Under the pieces are notes generated by a model. The model was not told where the DNA came from and made no database searches. It saw nothing but the letters and a program-made list of their open reading frames with translations. A DNA stretch of 64,000 bases, from assembly GCA_030141605.1 (NCBI GenBank), contig JAQGDQ010000371.1, positions 165,588 to 229,587 on the forward strand. The letters run 5' to 3'. Below are positions 51,063 to 64,000 of this stretch, piece by piece. Each line of letters opens with the position of its first letter. Positions within the stretch are counted from its first letter, which is position 1. This DNA comes from Tubiluchus corallicola. Its lineage: Eukaryota; Animalia; Priapulida. The translations under genes were made by a program, and so were the position numbers.

Positions 51063-51466
51063 CTAGACAGTTTTTTCACAAATGAAGTGAATAGCTGCAT
51101 TAATAGGCCCATCATTGTAACCAGGATTGGGACGAATTTCCAGAAAATTCTCTGATCCGCCTGCATTGTCCGGCTGAGCTTGAAGCCAGGCAGGTTGATC
51201 AAACTCGTCAATGGGTCGTCCAGTAGCCTCCCAGATCCATGTCCCCTCTTGAGCAGCATCGCTTCCACTCGTCCAAAATCGATTGTTAATTTGTACAACT
51301 CTTTCGCTGATGAAAGCAAATTCTGCTTGCGATTCTATACTGACCAGATCAGAATCTTTATCACTGCATGTCTGACGTGCAGCGCTCCATGCGGAAACAT
51401 GAGAACTAAAGAAGTAGCAGCCACCTCTAAACTCTTCAAACTCCTCTGGACATTTTCCACTGTTAA
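51063..51466 (-). CDS. Nested secreted lectin, exon 2: C-type lectin domain
   Basis: CPEEF...CYFF...WSAARQTC...LVSIES..E...FWTSGSDAAQEGTWIW...W...QPDN...EN...YND...FICEK then stop; polypyrimidine-cag acceptor, phase 1; minus-strand AATAAA at 51009-51014. Confidence 0.92.
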
Positions 51467-51500
51467 CTGCAAACAGAAGAGAAAATGATTATGCCGTGCT

Positions 51501-51828
<328 letters not shown>

Positions 51829-53215
51829 CGTCAGTGTCATGTTCAGTGTGACTGTTGTTACCCTTGCTATAGTCACTACCTTTATTGTCATTGTCATGGT
51901 TACTATCATTATCATTATCGTTATGATTATCATTTCTGTGGTCATTGTAATATCATTGTGGCTTATATTGCCATTGCAAGTGTTATTGTCGCCACCATTA
52001 TCATTATTATTATTATTATTATTGCCATTATTATTGACATATTATAACCTTTTATTAACACTCAGACTGTATTGTGCTCAGTTAAATATTATAACAATCA
52101 TTCATATTCTCTCTGAAGAGAAAAATCGATGTGTATTGACTACTCTGCCATAATATACAAAAGCTCCTTTATGTCCCAAATGCTTGTCACGTTCAATGAC
52201 AAATGCCCAACGACCGAACACACAAGAAGAAACAGAAAACGAGGCATCACGTTCGTGAGAGAGGAACAGCTCAAGCTTACGTAACAAAAGTTACCTATTA
52301 TGCTACATAATTGTCCTAGCAGAACACACAGGTGAAACGTCACATTTTGTAACTCAGAACAACACATTCCTTACTTTGGCTCAGTGATGTTTTCTAATAC
52401 GTTTTTGTGCGTCTTAAAAAAGTTCTTAGTTTATAAATTACTCGTGATTTTTTAAGAGGTCGTTTAAACATACGCTGTGGTCGTTTCTTCTCCTCTTTTC
52501 CTTCTTCCTATCCCTAGTCTTACTATTTTTTCCATTCCATCATTTCTACTAACCCTAACCATTCTTTCATTCACTCATTTGTGCCACCTTAACAAGCCAA
52601 GCTTTCAAGGTGTCATACAGCAACTCTTTTATTTGGTTAGTTTGACTTCATCAACGTTTTTTTACCTATACTGTTTCTTTTTGTTTCAATAATATTGTAT
52701 GTTGATGTATTATATATGTATTACTGGAGTGAAATAAATTGATTGATTGATTGATTGATTGAGGAATTCAAAAACGATCATTTCTGTCAAGAATTTTTGT
52801 GAACTTTCACGAAATCCAGTTTTGTACTTTTCCAAGATTCTGTATCGGCCATCACGAGCATTAATAGAAAACTGACCATGAAACCTTCTCGACCCGTATA
52901 CTCTTATCACTTACTTACTAGCATTACTGTAATAATCAGTTAACAAATTAGTTGTGTGTTTATTAAATAAATGAAATTATGTTGTTTTTCTTGTCGCGAA
53001 ACGTTTGCTTACAACCTTTCCTTTTCCGAAGTAGTCAAAATTGTTGACCGTTGTTGGAGTTTTGCCTTTGTGAGTGATTTCATTCCAAAGCAAATCAGAG
53101 ATAATCTAGATTTTCTACTGAAAATTTGTGTGATATTCCGTCTTTCCAACAGGGTATAAGAACTATTTAGCGAGGCAAAATTACGTCATAAAAGGTTAAG
53201 TAACAGTTTATTTAC

Positions 53216-53498
53216 CTTTTTCGTAGTAGTTAAAATTGTTGACCGTTGTTGGAGTTTTGTCATCCACACCACAAGCACTGAGCTCACAGGTAACGTCCTC
53301 AGCTGCTGGTCCAACATTGAAACCAACACAAGTTGAACCTCTCATTGAACACAAGTGAGCACATTTCACTTCACTGACGAGATTAGCCGTTTCAAACATA
53401 CATTCTCTGATAACCTTGTTCGCTTCTTGCTTCTGATATCGAAAACTTGTCACTGAACCTATTGCGGTTATTAAACACACCAAGTACCCGTACCTCAT
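53216..53498 (-). CDS. Nested secreted lectin, exon 1: signal peptide + PAN/apple-like domain
   Basis: MRYGYLVCLITAIGSVTS...CAHLC.....CVGFN........CEL...YY; donor g|gtaaat, phase 1. Confidence 0.85.
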
Positions 53499-53899
53499 TT
53501 TAAACAAAAATATCAGTTCTTTTATTTGTTTATTTTGCTAAGAACTGCATTAAAACTAACTAATGACCGACAACACTAAACAATTGTCATTAGTGTACGT
53601 GCAAAATGACAGAAAGCAATTGACAACAAACATTGCAATCTGTGCAGTATGCCTCAAAGAAACGCAATGGAAATACCTGAAAGAGCTTTTGTATTTGTTC
53701 CTAGGTTACACCTTTGCTAAACGTTTCTTTGATTGCAATATGCAATATTTATTACTTGCACCAAGACTATTGTTCTAAGTTATAGGAAATGCGAATGTTG
53801 CAGGTGGTGGTTAGGCAGGTGTGTAATAACAACGTATGAAGCAAAATAAGTCAATTTTGTGGCACATTAACAGAAGAACTACTTTTTGTTTTTTCACAA

Positions 53900-55593
53900 A
53901 ATTTCAGCTTTTATTAGAAAAGACATTTATAATGTTGGAATTTTCAGCTTTTATTAGAAAAGACATTTATAAATTTGGCATTTTCAGCTTTAAATAGACA
54001 GGACATTTATAAAGTTGGAATTTTCAGCTTTTATAAGAAAATACATTTATAAATTTGGAATTTTCAGCCTTTATTAGAAAGGACATTTATAAAGTTGGAA
54101 TTTTCAGCCTTTATTAGAAAGGACATTTATAAAGTTCAAATTTTCAGCTTTTGTTAGGAAGGGCATTTATAGAGTTCGAATTTTCAGCTTTTATTAGAAA
54201 GGGCATTTATAAAGTTGGAATTTTCAGCTTTTATTAGAAAGTACATTTATAGAGTTCGAATTTTCAGCCTTTATTAGAAAGGACATTTATAAAGTTGGAA
54301 TTTTCAGCTCTTATTAGAAAGGACATTTATAAAGTTGGAATTTTCAGCTTTTATTAGAAAAGACATTTATAAAGCTCAAATTTTCAGCTTTTATTAGAAA
54401 GGACATTTATAAAGTTGGAATTTTCAGCTTTTATTAGAAAGGACATTTATAAATTTGGAATTTTCAGCTTTTATTAGAAAAGGCATTTATAAAGTTGGAA
54501 TTTTCAGCTTTTATTAGAAAGGACATTTATAAATTTGGAATTTTCAGCTTTTATTAGAAAGGACATTTATAAAGTTGGAATTTTCAGCTTTTATTAGAAA
54601 AAACATTTATAAAGTTGGAATTTTCAGCTTTTATTAGAAAGGACATTTATAAATTTGGAATTTTCAGCTTTTATTAGAAAGGACATTTATAAAGTTGGAA
54701 TTTTCAGCTTTTGTTAGAAAAAAACATTTATAAATTTGGAATTTTTCAGCTTTTATTAGAAATGACATTTATAAAGTTGGAATTTTCAGCTTTTATTAGA
54801 AAGGACATTTATAGAGTTGCAATTTTCAGCTTTTAAAAGAAAGGACATTTATAAAGTTCAAATTTTCAGCTTTTATTAGAAAAGACATTTATAGAGTTCA
54901 AATTTTCAGCTTTTATTAGAAAGGACATTTATAAATTTGGAATTTTCAGCTTTTATTAGAAAGGACATTTATAAATTTGGAATTTTCAGCTTTTGTTAGA
55001 AAAAACATTTATAAATTTGGAATTTTCAGCTTTTATTAGAAAGGGCATTTATAAAGTTGGAATTTTCAGCTTTTATTAGAAAGGACATTTATAAATTTGG
55101 AATTTTCAGCTTTTATTAGAAAGGACATTTATAAAGTTGGAATTTTTCAGCTTTTGTTAGAAAAAACATTTATAAAGTTGGAATTTTCAGCTTTTATTAG
55201 AAAGGACATTTATAAATTTGGAATTTTCAGCTTTTATTAGAAAGGGCATTTATAAAGTTGGAATTTTCAGCTTTTATTAGAAAAGACATTTATAAAGTTG
55301 GAATTTTCAGCTTTTATTAGAAAGGACATTTATAAAGTTCGAATTTTCAGCTTTTAATAGAAAGGACATTTATAAAGTTCAAATTTTCAGCTTTTATTAG
55401 AAAAGACATTTATAGAGTTCAAATTTTCAGCTTTTATTAGAAAGGACATTTATAAATTTGGAATTTTCAGCTTTTATTAGAAAAGACATTTATAAAGTTG
55501 GAATTTTTCAGCTTTTGTTAGAAAAGACATTTATAAAGTTCGAATTTTCAGCTTTTATTAGAAAGGACAATATTAAAGTTGGAATTTTCAGCT
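53900..55593. repeat. Minisatellite, 40-bp unit, about 42 copies
   Basis: TTTTCAGCTTTTATTAGAAAGGACATTTATAAAGTTGGAA. Confidence 0.97.
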
Positions 55594-56019
55594 AAAGTTT
55601 ACAATTCTCCACACACAAGAAATTAGTTCGTGAAGCGAATTAGGGTTATGGCTGGGATTAGGGTTAGGTTTGGTTAGGGTTAGGATTAGTGTTAGGATTA
55701 GGGTTAAGTTTGGGTTATGGTTGGGATTGGGGTTAGGGTTGCTAACATTAGGGGGTCTTATACATATGAGCGTACCGTAATTACATGCAATTGATCATCT
55801 ACTTTGTTCAAATAACAATTTTTACATACTCCTTGTCCTATGGGTATTTTTTCGATGTATGATACCTACAGATTTCATTTGCTAATATATGAGCACATGC
55901 GAAATTTTATTCAAGTAGTTTTGACATGTTTCTGTATACAAACCAAAAAAATAATTTTCCATCCAATAAGTATTTCTAAAACGTTTTACACATTCTGAGA
56001 TTAATACTATTATTATGTA

Positions 56020-56048
56020 TATTATTATTATTATTATTATTGTTATTA

Positions 56049-56128
<80 letters not shown>

Positions 56129-56153
56129 GTTATTATCATTATTATTATTATTA
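56020..56153. repeat. (ATT)n microsatellite
   Basis: Direct reading. Confidence 0.95.
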
Positions 56154-57067
56154 TGAGTTTATTTCGTATAAAAATATACAGTTTACAAAGATAAAGATGT
56201 TAGTAAAATAGGTAATGCGATATTAGTAAAGTAACATGTCTACAGACATTCAACTTTATAATCACCACACATTCTAGTTCCCTTGTAATTAAATTACATT
56301 ATACAGTGTTGTAAGGAGCTATAATAGATATATAGTTATATATATAATTTTGAGAAATTATGTAATACGGTTGTATTAAACTAGTAAGTGGTATTGGGAC
56401 TGGCTAGGTATGGCATCAGATACAGCTAAAACATTACAATTACAATGTAGTGCCCTATTTAGCATCCTTCTTACATCCTCGGTTGTAGTGCGCAAAAATT
56501 GGATATTGAGAGGGGGAGGTATCATAAACCAAAAGCACCTTCTCACCAAAGAATATGTAAAATGTGTGAGATGAATCAAATGAAAAATCAAATGCATTTT
56601 TGTATGACATGTCCTTGCTTGTCAAGATGAGAGAAAAGTTGCATTTGAAAATATTTTAATATAAATATCCTCCTTTTGCAGAAATGCCTATAAGCGAACA
56701 GTTTATGTTGATTAATGGCCTAAATGATGTAGAGATGAGAAATTTAGTAATAAATTTTATATACGACATCAGTAAGAAAAGGGATGAAAAACAGGATAGC
56801 AAATAACTTTAATCTGTTTGCCTACAAAATGTGTTCTTATTGTTGCTGTTGTTGTTTTTATGTGTTATTATTGTGCTTTAGTTAGTATGATGTTTTTGGT
56901 ATTATCGTCCCTACTACGTTTGAGCCGTTCCTCCCATGTACAGAATCAATTTGTTTTTTACTGATCTCTTCATGTTGTATGCTGAATAAATTAAAATATA
57001 TATATTATGTAGCTTAAGATCTTTTCTGTAGTTTTCTATAACTTTTTACATAGTTTTCTATAACTTT

Positions 57068-57188
57068 TGTTGCTATTGTGCCTACAACCTGTTGCTATTG
57101 TGCTTACAACCTGTTGCTATTGTGCCTACAACCTGTTGCTATTGTGCCTACAACCTGCTGCTATCGTGTCTACAACCTGTTGCTATCG
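57068..57188. repeat. 22-bp tandem repeat, about 5 copies
   Basis: TGTTGCTATTGTGCCTACAACC. Confidence 0.9.
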
Positions 57189-57589
57189 CGCTATAACTAT
57201 AATGTACAGGAGGTTAAAAAGTATCGAATTTTCCACCAAACTGGTGTATTAATGGCCGAGTAGTGTTGCTGCTTATACCATAATTATCAGAACATACATG
57301 TTCATGATACAAAAAAGAGACTATAAAATAATCGATAGTTATAAGATAATTAGGTATGCGAAACTAAAAAATGAAGCATGAAAAATGTGAATTGAAAAAA
57401 TTTAAAACAAAAACAAACTTTGATTTCAACTGATTTTAAATATTCCACGATTCAGCTTTAAACATTCACAAAACTTTAACATTTTTTGAGCTCATGAGGG
57501 ACGACAGAAAGTTTTTTTTGTGGCCAACCAGATGAAACTGCACAGTGTTAATATATAGTTATTCCTATAACTTTTTACTCGCTTTTCAG

Positions 57590-57802
57590 AGATGTTGCAA
57601 AACCACCTGGTGGACGGTTTCATCTGCAGTTCAGCAATTGTTGGTGACATTGACATTCCAATGATGACTGGTGAGTCTCTCAACATGTCCTGTTCCAAAG
57701 ACTTTCAAGTTCTTGCGAAGGACAGCAGAATTGTCTCACCTGACCACGTAGCCATCAACGGCGTCATTCACGGAATGGATAAAGTTCTCCTTCCAAATTC
57801 AA
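57590..57802 (+). CDS. TGFBI: TGFBI/periostin-like exon, FAS1-2
   Basis: LQNHLV...CSSAI...NGVIHGMDKVLLP. Confidence 0.95.
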
Positions 57803-57927
57803 GTAAGAGAATTTGCAGTTGAACAAATTGTTAGCAGTAAGAAGAGCTTTAATTTTTCTGGTAGGGGAGGGTTGTTAATAAGGTACGTAGTTGTCGTACA
57901 TTAAAACAGGAAAGTTACTTGTGCGGG

Positions 57928-58339
57928 CAGAGGCGTATCAAGACTTTACGACGCCCTGGGCTGATAGTTCTGCCCCGCCCATCTTTATTGTGACTTTATG
58001 GTTGCTTATGTAGTGAGCAGGTTAAACAATTACTTGTGGTGTATTAGAAACACTATTAACCTAGTTTCTACACGGTTATTATTAATTACATGTATTTGCG
58101 TAGCGCTTAGACTGTGCAATTGCTTGCTGTGTTATACCTTGCACAGTTCGCTACGTGGTGCTTATATATTACTGTCATTCAGTAACTGCTTGTGGTGTGT
58201 TATAAAATATGCCCTTTACATAAATACGAAAGTTTACAAATTTCCGGGAAGGATAAGAATTTTTTCTAAAATGTGACGCCCCTCAAACTTTAGCGCCCTA
58301 GGCTATAGCCTAGTTACCCTATTGGTTAATACGCCCTTG
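57928..58339. mobile_element. hAT-like MITE
   Basis: CAGAGGCGTAT...ATACGCCCTTG; degenerate 8-bp TSD TGTGCGGG/TTTGCGGT. Confidence 0.6.
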
Positions 58340-58524
58340 TTTGCGGTAAATAAAAGTTGTGGTAAAGTATTTTAGCCAGTGCTTCTTCACAGTTAGTTAG
58401 AGCAAGTCGAAAGTTGTTACTGATGCTACGTGAACTCAATTTAAAGCAAAACACATCAAAAAGCCCGTAGAAAGTTATTAAACAATTTTCATTTAATAGC
58501 TTCACTTTGAGTTTGACAGTATCT

Positions 58525-59003
58525 CTCTCAAATAAATTACTCATGAAATTTACTCACTGTTCAGTTAACGTGAAGAGACAATTGTTTAATGCTTACTGCA
58601 CTACTTTTTATTGTGTGTCCACCTGGAGACATTTTTATTCTGACAACCTTCGCAAACTCAAGGTTGCATATAATGTATCAACACTGAAGCTGTTTAACTT
58701 TTCATATGATACGAGCGCCAGGTATATTTCTACTAGACTTAATATTATTTATTTTGATGCGATTCACAGAAAATGTGCATACAGTTTATACGTCAGGCTG
58801 AATAACAGTGAAAATTTTATATGCAAGAACATTTTAAACAGTGATGCAAACTTTACTTCTGTAATTAGACGTCATTGGCGTAGTTTGTTACATAGTTAAT
58901 TGTTACTTGTGTTTCATGATTTATTGTATTATTTGTATTAATTTGTGATGTGTTTATGAACTTTGCGAAGTTTGAAATACAATATTAAATCTAAATCTAA
59001 ATC
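58525..59003 (+). mobile_element. LINE 3' fragment
   Basis: KRQLFNAYCTTFYCVSTW...KLKVAYN; (AAATCT)n tail; paralogous to 48533-49018. Confidence 0.8.
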
Positions 59004-59317
59004 TATTTGATACTATTGAAACTAAGATCAACAAATGACGTGTGTTGTGCTCGTTTTTTGAGGATTTTCTGCTCGTTTTTTTGAGGATTTTTTTTGCAGA
59101 ATAAACTTTGGTTTATTAAACTTTTGACAATAACACCAAAAAAATTGTTAATCACTATGTGTTACTAGTAATTTACCACATGGTAGGTATATGTGCCTAA
59201 AAGTCTTGTCGACTACATTTTTCTCATTTTATCACAAAAGAGTTGTCTTGTTCTGATTTTTAGCGTTTCTGCCTTTTTGTCGCCAACAGGGCGCTAAAAC
59301 AAAAATTTGTTTTTCAG

Positions 59318-59461
59318 TTAAATCTGTAGTTGAGTGCTTAGATTATCCTGGTTTGTCCAACTTCAGACGTCTGATTGGTCCTAGTGGATTGGAAATGCCA
59401 TTGTCTTTCGGGGAATATCCCAAATATACTCTCTTCGTGCCAAGTGATGAAGCTTTTGAAG
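59318..59461 (+). CDS. TGFBI: TGFBI/periostin-like exon, FAS1-3
   Basis: KSVVECLDYPGLSNF...YTLFVPSDEAFE. Confidence 0.92.
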
Positions 59462-59478
59462 GTGACTAATATTATAAC

Positions 59479-59544
<66 letters not shown>

Positions 59545-59864
59545 GATGATGATGATGATGATGTGACTTCGTAATCATTCTTAAAATCAGCAAATAATCT
59601 GTTTACCAAACAGGATAGGTGCTACTTTAGTATCGTAGCCAGCAACGAACAGTGACATCTCAGGTGTTTCCCTCACCAAACCAAGGCATGCTGCACAAGT
59701 AAAATCGAATTGAATGTTTAACAACGACGGCTAAGAGAGTTATTGAAACATAGCGAAGCACTGTGTAACGCCCACACTGTGTCTAACCCTGTAGCTTCAA
59801 AAGTTGTGTAAAATTGTCTGAAAGTTTCAGTTTTTACACTTAAGTGTTTTTCTCCTGTTCTTAG

Positions 59865-60034
59865 AACTCAAAAAGGATTTCACCAAGAAGCTTCTACAAG
59901 ATACTCATCAACTGAGAACATTTTTGTTGTACCACATTATTGGAGCAGAACTAGGAACCTACAACATGATGGATGATCAGTTGGCCCCTACACTCGACGG
60001 GCGTCATAATTTGCGACTACAGATGTACCGCAAG
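59865..60034 (+). CDS. TGFBI: TGFBI/periostin-like exon, FAS1-3
   Basis: LRTFLLYHII...DDQLAPTLDGRHNLRLQMYRK. Confidence 0.92.
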
Positions 60035-60448
60035 GTAGTGTTTTGTTACCATTTATAAATTACAAAGTTATCAATATATTACTGCACATCCCAGTGTAAG
60101 TTTAATCGCAGTAAGTTGGTTATTCTAGAGATCACAGTGACACATAGTCAATCAAAGAATGCTGAGTACACCAAACGTTCTTCCAAGAATTCTTACATAT
60201 TATTCCTGTTTGTTTTTTATTTCTTTGACTGCTAAATGACGATTCTGTGACAAAATTTAACTACAATCCCAATCTGTTGAGAAGATTTTTGGAATATCTA
60301 TTTTTTATTTTCTTGTGTTGTCGTTGACTATGAAACGAGCCGTTTAACGTTATTTGCTTAGAGAAGGACACGTTCACATCATGATATGCGATGTGTCATG
60401 TGTAATACTATGATACGTCATATAAAGTTGTCTTCACCGCTATTTTAG

Positions 60449-60600
60449 AACTCAGCAAATGACATGGGTTATGCAGTTGAAAATGCACTAATAACGAAGG
60501 AAAACATTCACTGCAGTAATGGATTCATTCACATAATAAACAAAGTTCTCTTTCCTCCCAGAGAAGACATAATCTCAACTCTTGAGCAGCAGGAATTTAG
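60449..60600 (+). CDS. TGFBI: TGFBI/periostin-like exon, FAS1-3/4
   Basis: CSNGFIHIINKVLFPP. Confidence 0.93.
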
Positions 60601-61086
60601 GTGAGATTCACATAATACTTTCTTCAAGTGTTCAGAACTGTGACAAACTCCGTTCAAATGCCCAATATTATCCTTTCATTTAACTTGCAAGAAGCAGACT
60701 CAGTTTAAGCACATCGGGTGAAATTGGAAATGGTGTGTTAACACGACAGATACCTCACTAACACACACCATCTCAAGTTCGCTCATTTTTTGGATTTTTT
60801 AATAAAAACCTGTTATTTAATCTTCAGTATAATATGTGATCAGAGAGCTAAATATGCACCTGAAAAAATAAAATTGTGTAAAAATGTAACCAACGCGTTG
60901 CATAACCACAAGACATATCTTTTAATACAATTGCAGGATGATTAATGATATTCATGAAAAAGGTCAGGGAAATCAATTAGTGCAGTTATAAGTTATTAAG
61001 GCAAATGTTACGTGAAAGAAAGTTTAGATATGAGTCCAATAAATGAGTTTTTTAAGATTTTTCTTAGAAATTCATAGCGGTAAAGT

Positions 61087-61488
61087 TAGGCCCTATTTCA
61101 AGGGGGGATGTAGGGATACTTCCCCAGGGCCTCACACTCCAGGGGGGCCTCGCGCCGAGGTAACTTTTTTTGCTTTATGCGAACATACTGCCTCTTGCCG
61201 CACGCGTGCCGTTTGCCTTGTGCGGCTCGGTGCCGATGTTCAGCTGTTTTCAATTTCGGAATTTGTAACATCGGCTTGTACGGAAGTGAGAGTACAGTAT
61301 TACATATTGCAAAGATGTTGTTTTTGATTTGACTATTTGACAAGTAACTGTGTAACTCCATATTTTCTCTTCGAAAATGCTTCTCCGGCGTTCTAGCAGT
61401 TCAAAAATTCGCTCCCCAACCCCCCCGCGAGGGGGCCCTCACACCCCCCCCACTTCCCCGGGCCTCGCTTAGGCTGAAATAGGCCCTG
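61087..61488. mobile_element. hAT-type MITE
   Basis: TAGGCCCTATTTCA...TGAAATAGGCCCTG; perfect 8-bp TSD GGTAAAGT. Confidence 0.88.
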
Positions 61489-61616
61489 GGTAAAGTTTTT
61501 CTCAAGACACGCAACGAATGCCAAAGAGAACATAAGAATAATTTGCAACTAATGTTAGAAACATAATTTTGGATAAGCCTAAATGTAGTATAGGGCCTAA
61601 TGTTTTTCTTTCGCAG

Positions 61617-61776
61617 GATTTTCAGACGAATGGTCAATATCAGTGGACCAGACGTCGCGCAGATGCTGATGCGTCACAAACGAATGACATTTTTTCTTCC
61701 TACTGATGAAGCTTTTGTACATCTGCCACAAGCAATCACTGCAAAACTTGTCACCAATGCAAAACAAGCTGGAGAG
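61617..61776 (+). CDS. TGFBI: TGFBI/periostin-like exon, FAS1-4
   Basis: MTFFLPTDEAFVHLP. Confidence 0.93.
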
Positions 61777-62920
61777 GTAAATGACTGCATTATCATTATT
61801 ATTACCACTTATTTCGAAATTGTAGAACAAGTTTTTCAATTTGTTAGTAGCATAAAAAATAAGAATATTTACACGTTACAACAATATAAACAAAATAATA
61901 TAAACAAAAAAGGGACAATGAATTTTACTTTGTTTTTCATTGTTTGTTTCTTCCATTAAGTTTTAGTGACGTTGATGGTGAACCATTGAGTTTACACGTA
62001 TATGACGAATAGGCCTAGCGACTGCATGATATGGATTTGGGTTACAAACTTTTTAAAAATTAAGTTTTTATTAGAGACAGCCACTAAATTTTAATTACGC
62101 GGTTTAAGTTACGACAAATTCATTGTAATGTTAGTTTAATTCTGCAGTATATTTCATTCATTGTTTTAACGCTTGTCTGTAAATGTAGGTAATGTTCTTT
62201 TTGCAGCTGTCATTGTAATCGTATTTCACATAATAAGCCTTTCATTGTTTCGTTGTGCGCACGCGCAGTTGCTGCAGGTCAAAGGTTAAGTGTACCACAG
62301 CAACGCGTCTTAACTACAACCGTCACGAGACATGTTGGTAAAGCAAAGTCGTCTGCCGCATCAGTTCAGTAACTTCAGTTGTTTTACGTGGACTTTACTT
62401 AATTATGCGGTAGTCTGTGCGTAGAGTGCTTTACTAGGAGGATCTTACTAGCTACACAAATGCGTTGTCTGGTACATTTAACTTTTGCCCTTTTCACAAT
62501 CATCCTCAATTGCTTGAACTGTGTAAATGCTTATTGTCTTTGCAGAGTGTGAGAATGTGAGTGGGCGTTAGTCAGTTATTTGTCATACTCATGCAGAGGA
62601 ACTTGAGCTGAGCTTGCTGCCTCATTGACTATTCAGTCTATTCTGTATTTATAAAAAAATATATTCATACAAAAAAGCTTTTGCAGTTGCTAAGAGCAAC
62701 CGCATTCGCCACCACTCGCGTAGCTTAGCCTACATTTTTCTTCATTTGGGCAAAGCTTCAAATATAAGTCCTCAGTGTGACAATAAAGAGCATGCTCATT
62801 ACTACATAAGTGTTTGTTGCTTTATGCTATAATTTGGGTTTATTTTCACTTTCATTCTCACTTATTTTCACATTTAAGTAGCATTTCAGACAAACTGCTT
62901 TGGTTTTTTACATGTGTTGA

Positions 62921-63132
62921 CAGTAGTGGCAATGTTATGATACTGCGTAGTTTAGGGACCCCCATAGGGGATGCCCGACCCCGGGATTATTTATTTTTTT
63001 CTTTTCTTTTTTGTTTTTTGAGATGGCAAAAAATAAAAAAATAATAAAAAATGAAAGGAATATTGAAAAGAATAGTGAAAAAACACCACCGGGGTCCCTA
63101 AACCACGCAGTATCGTAATATTGCCACTACTG
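62921..63132. mobile_element. Foldback MITE
   Basis: About 42-bp TIR CAGTAGTGGCAAT...TTTAGGGACCCC with a palindromic interior. Confidence 0.82.
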
Positions 63133-63335
63133 TTTACATCGCAATTGCTTCTATATTTATTTTTATGTTTTGCCTTTAAGCGCGTTTTTAGTAATTTGAG
63201 TCTAAATTAGTTCTAGTTTTGAGTATTGACACTATTCATTTGCCCTTTACTTACCTTATGACATGTAAGAAAACTTTATGTAAGAAAACTTTACTGACAC
63301 TATTCTTTTGCCCTTTTGTGGCTTCTTTCGTACAG

Positions 63336-63557
63336 GTGGTGAAGCACCACATTCTGGACAACATGGTTTTGACCTACAACTTTGAGCGAGGCGTCACACA
63401 CCGACTGAAGACATTACAAGGTGGATACTTGAATGTAGAAAGGAAACGCTCCGGCATCCATGTTAACGATGCAGAAATTAATCAAAATGGCCGCGTAGCC
63501 AACACTATTATTACAAACGGCGTGCTGCACAGAATAAACCGGGTGCTAATGCCATAA
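63336..63557 (+). CDS. TGFBI: TGFBI/periostin-like last coding exon, FAS1-4
   Basis: VVKHHIL...LKTLQG...TNGVLHRINRVLMP then stop. Confidence 0.93.
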   Translation: MVKHHILDNMVLTYNFERGVTHRLKTLQGGYLNVERKRSGIHVNDAEINQNGRVANTIITNGVLHRINRVLMP

Positions 63558-63587
63558 ATTCCCCAGATGTTTCAACAAACAGTTTAA

Positions 63588-64000
63588 CCCTTTCATACCC
63601 GTTGTATCCCGTGGGATACGAGAGTATTTTCTGCCTTTAATTTTAATAAAATTGGCAGTTATTTGATCTGTTAATAGTTATTTTGATTTAAGCCAATAAC
63701 AATAGACTAAAATGGTGATAAAATGGCAAACTAGAAAATCTACATAAAAAACTGCGTAAGGTACAGTACTTTAGAGACGACTTTGTACAGATCAGCATAG
63801 CATGCTTACTAAATGTCTTAAATACTTTAAAAAATTATCAGCAGTTGCAAAATGAAGCACATTTTATGCTTCCATTGAATCCCAATGTATCCCGTGGGAT
63901 ACAGGCTATATTTAGCACGCGGGCACAGGTAGAAAAAAATTATTATGTGTAAACAAGATAGACATACTGAACAAAAGGACCAAGCCAAAGAAATTTCCTT
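63588..64000. mobile_element. piggyBac-like element end (runs out of the window)
   Basis: TTAA-CCCTTTC; palindrome GTATCCCGTGGGATAC at 63604 and 63887. Confidence 0.55.

Noticed and set aside
51047-51488. ORF-track proteins 51047-51319(-) and 51180-51488(+)
   Set aside because: Off-frame or antisense shadows of the C-type lectin exon
55640-55740. Interstitial telomere
   Set aside because: Short, degenerate GGTTAG tract of the kind found in Helitron/Helentron-derived repeats

Overview
AT-rich animal genomic DNA, intron-rich and full of transposon debris. The 5S-derived sequence and MetaSINEs suggest an invertebrate, probably a lophotrochozoan (inference). I assembled two + strand host genes by hand with consistent GT-AG phases. 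(1) The 3' 16 coding exons of BRCA2 (683..28799, about 1400 aa: helical domain, OB1, tower/OB2, OB3, TR2-like motif, long tail); its 5' part lies outside the window. (2) A complete TGFBI/periostin-family gene (36581..63557; signal peptide + EMI + 4 FAS1, about 645 aa). Each host carries an antisense gene in its largest intron: an intronless class A GPCR in BRCA2, and a two-exon secreted PAN/apple + C-type lectin gene in the FAS1 gene, whose lectin exon is missing from the ORF track. Also present: an intronic tRNA-Ala(AGC), a 5S-headed SINE with an RTE-derived tail and TSD, Penelope-type minimal hammerhead motifs, a duplicated EMI half-exon, two long inverted repeats, many MITEs and LINE 3' ends, a solo LTR and five long minisatellites. 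There is no CRISPR array or prokaryotic system. Family assignments come from motif recall, not database searches.
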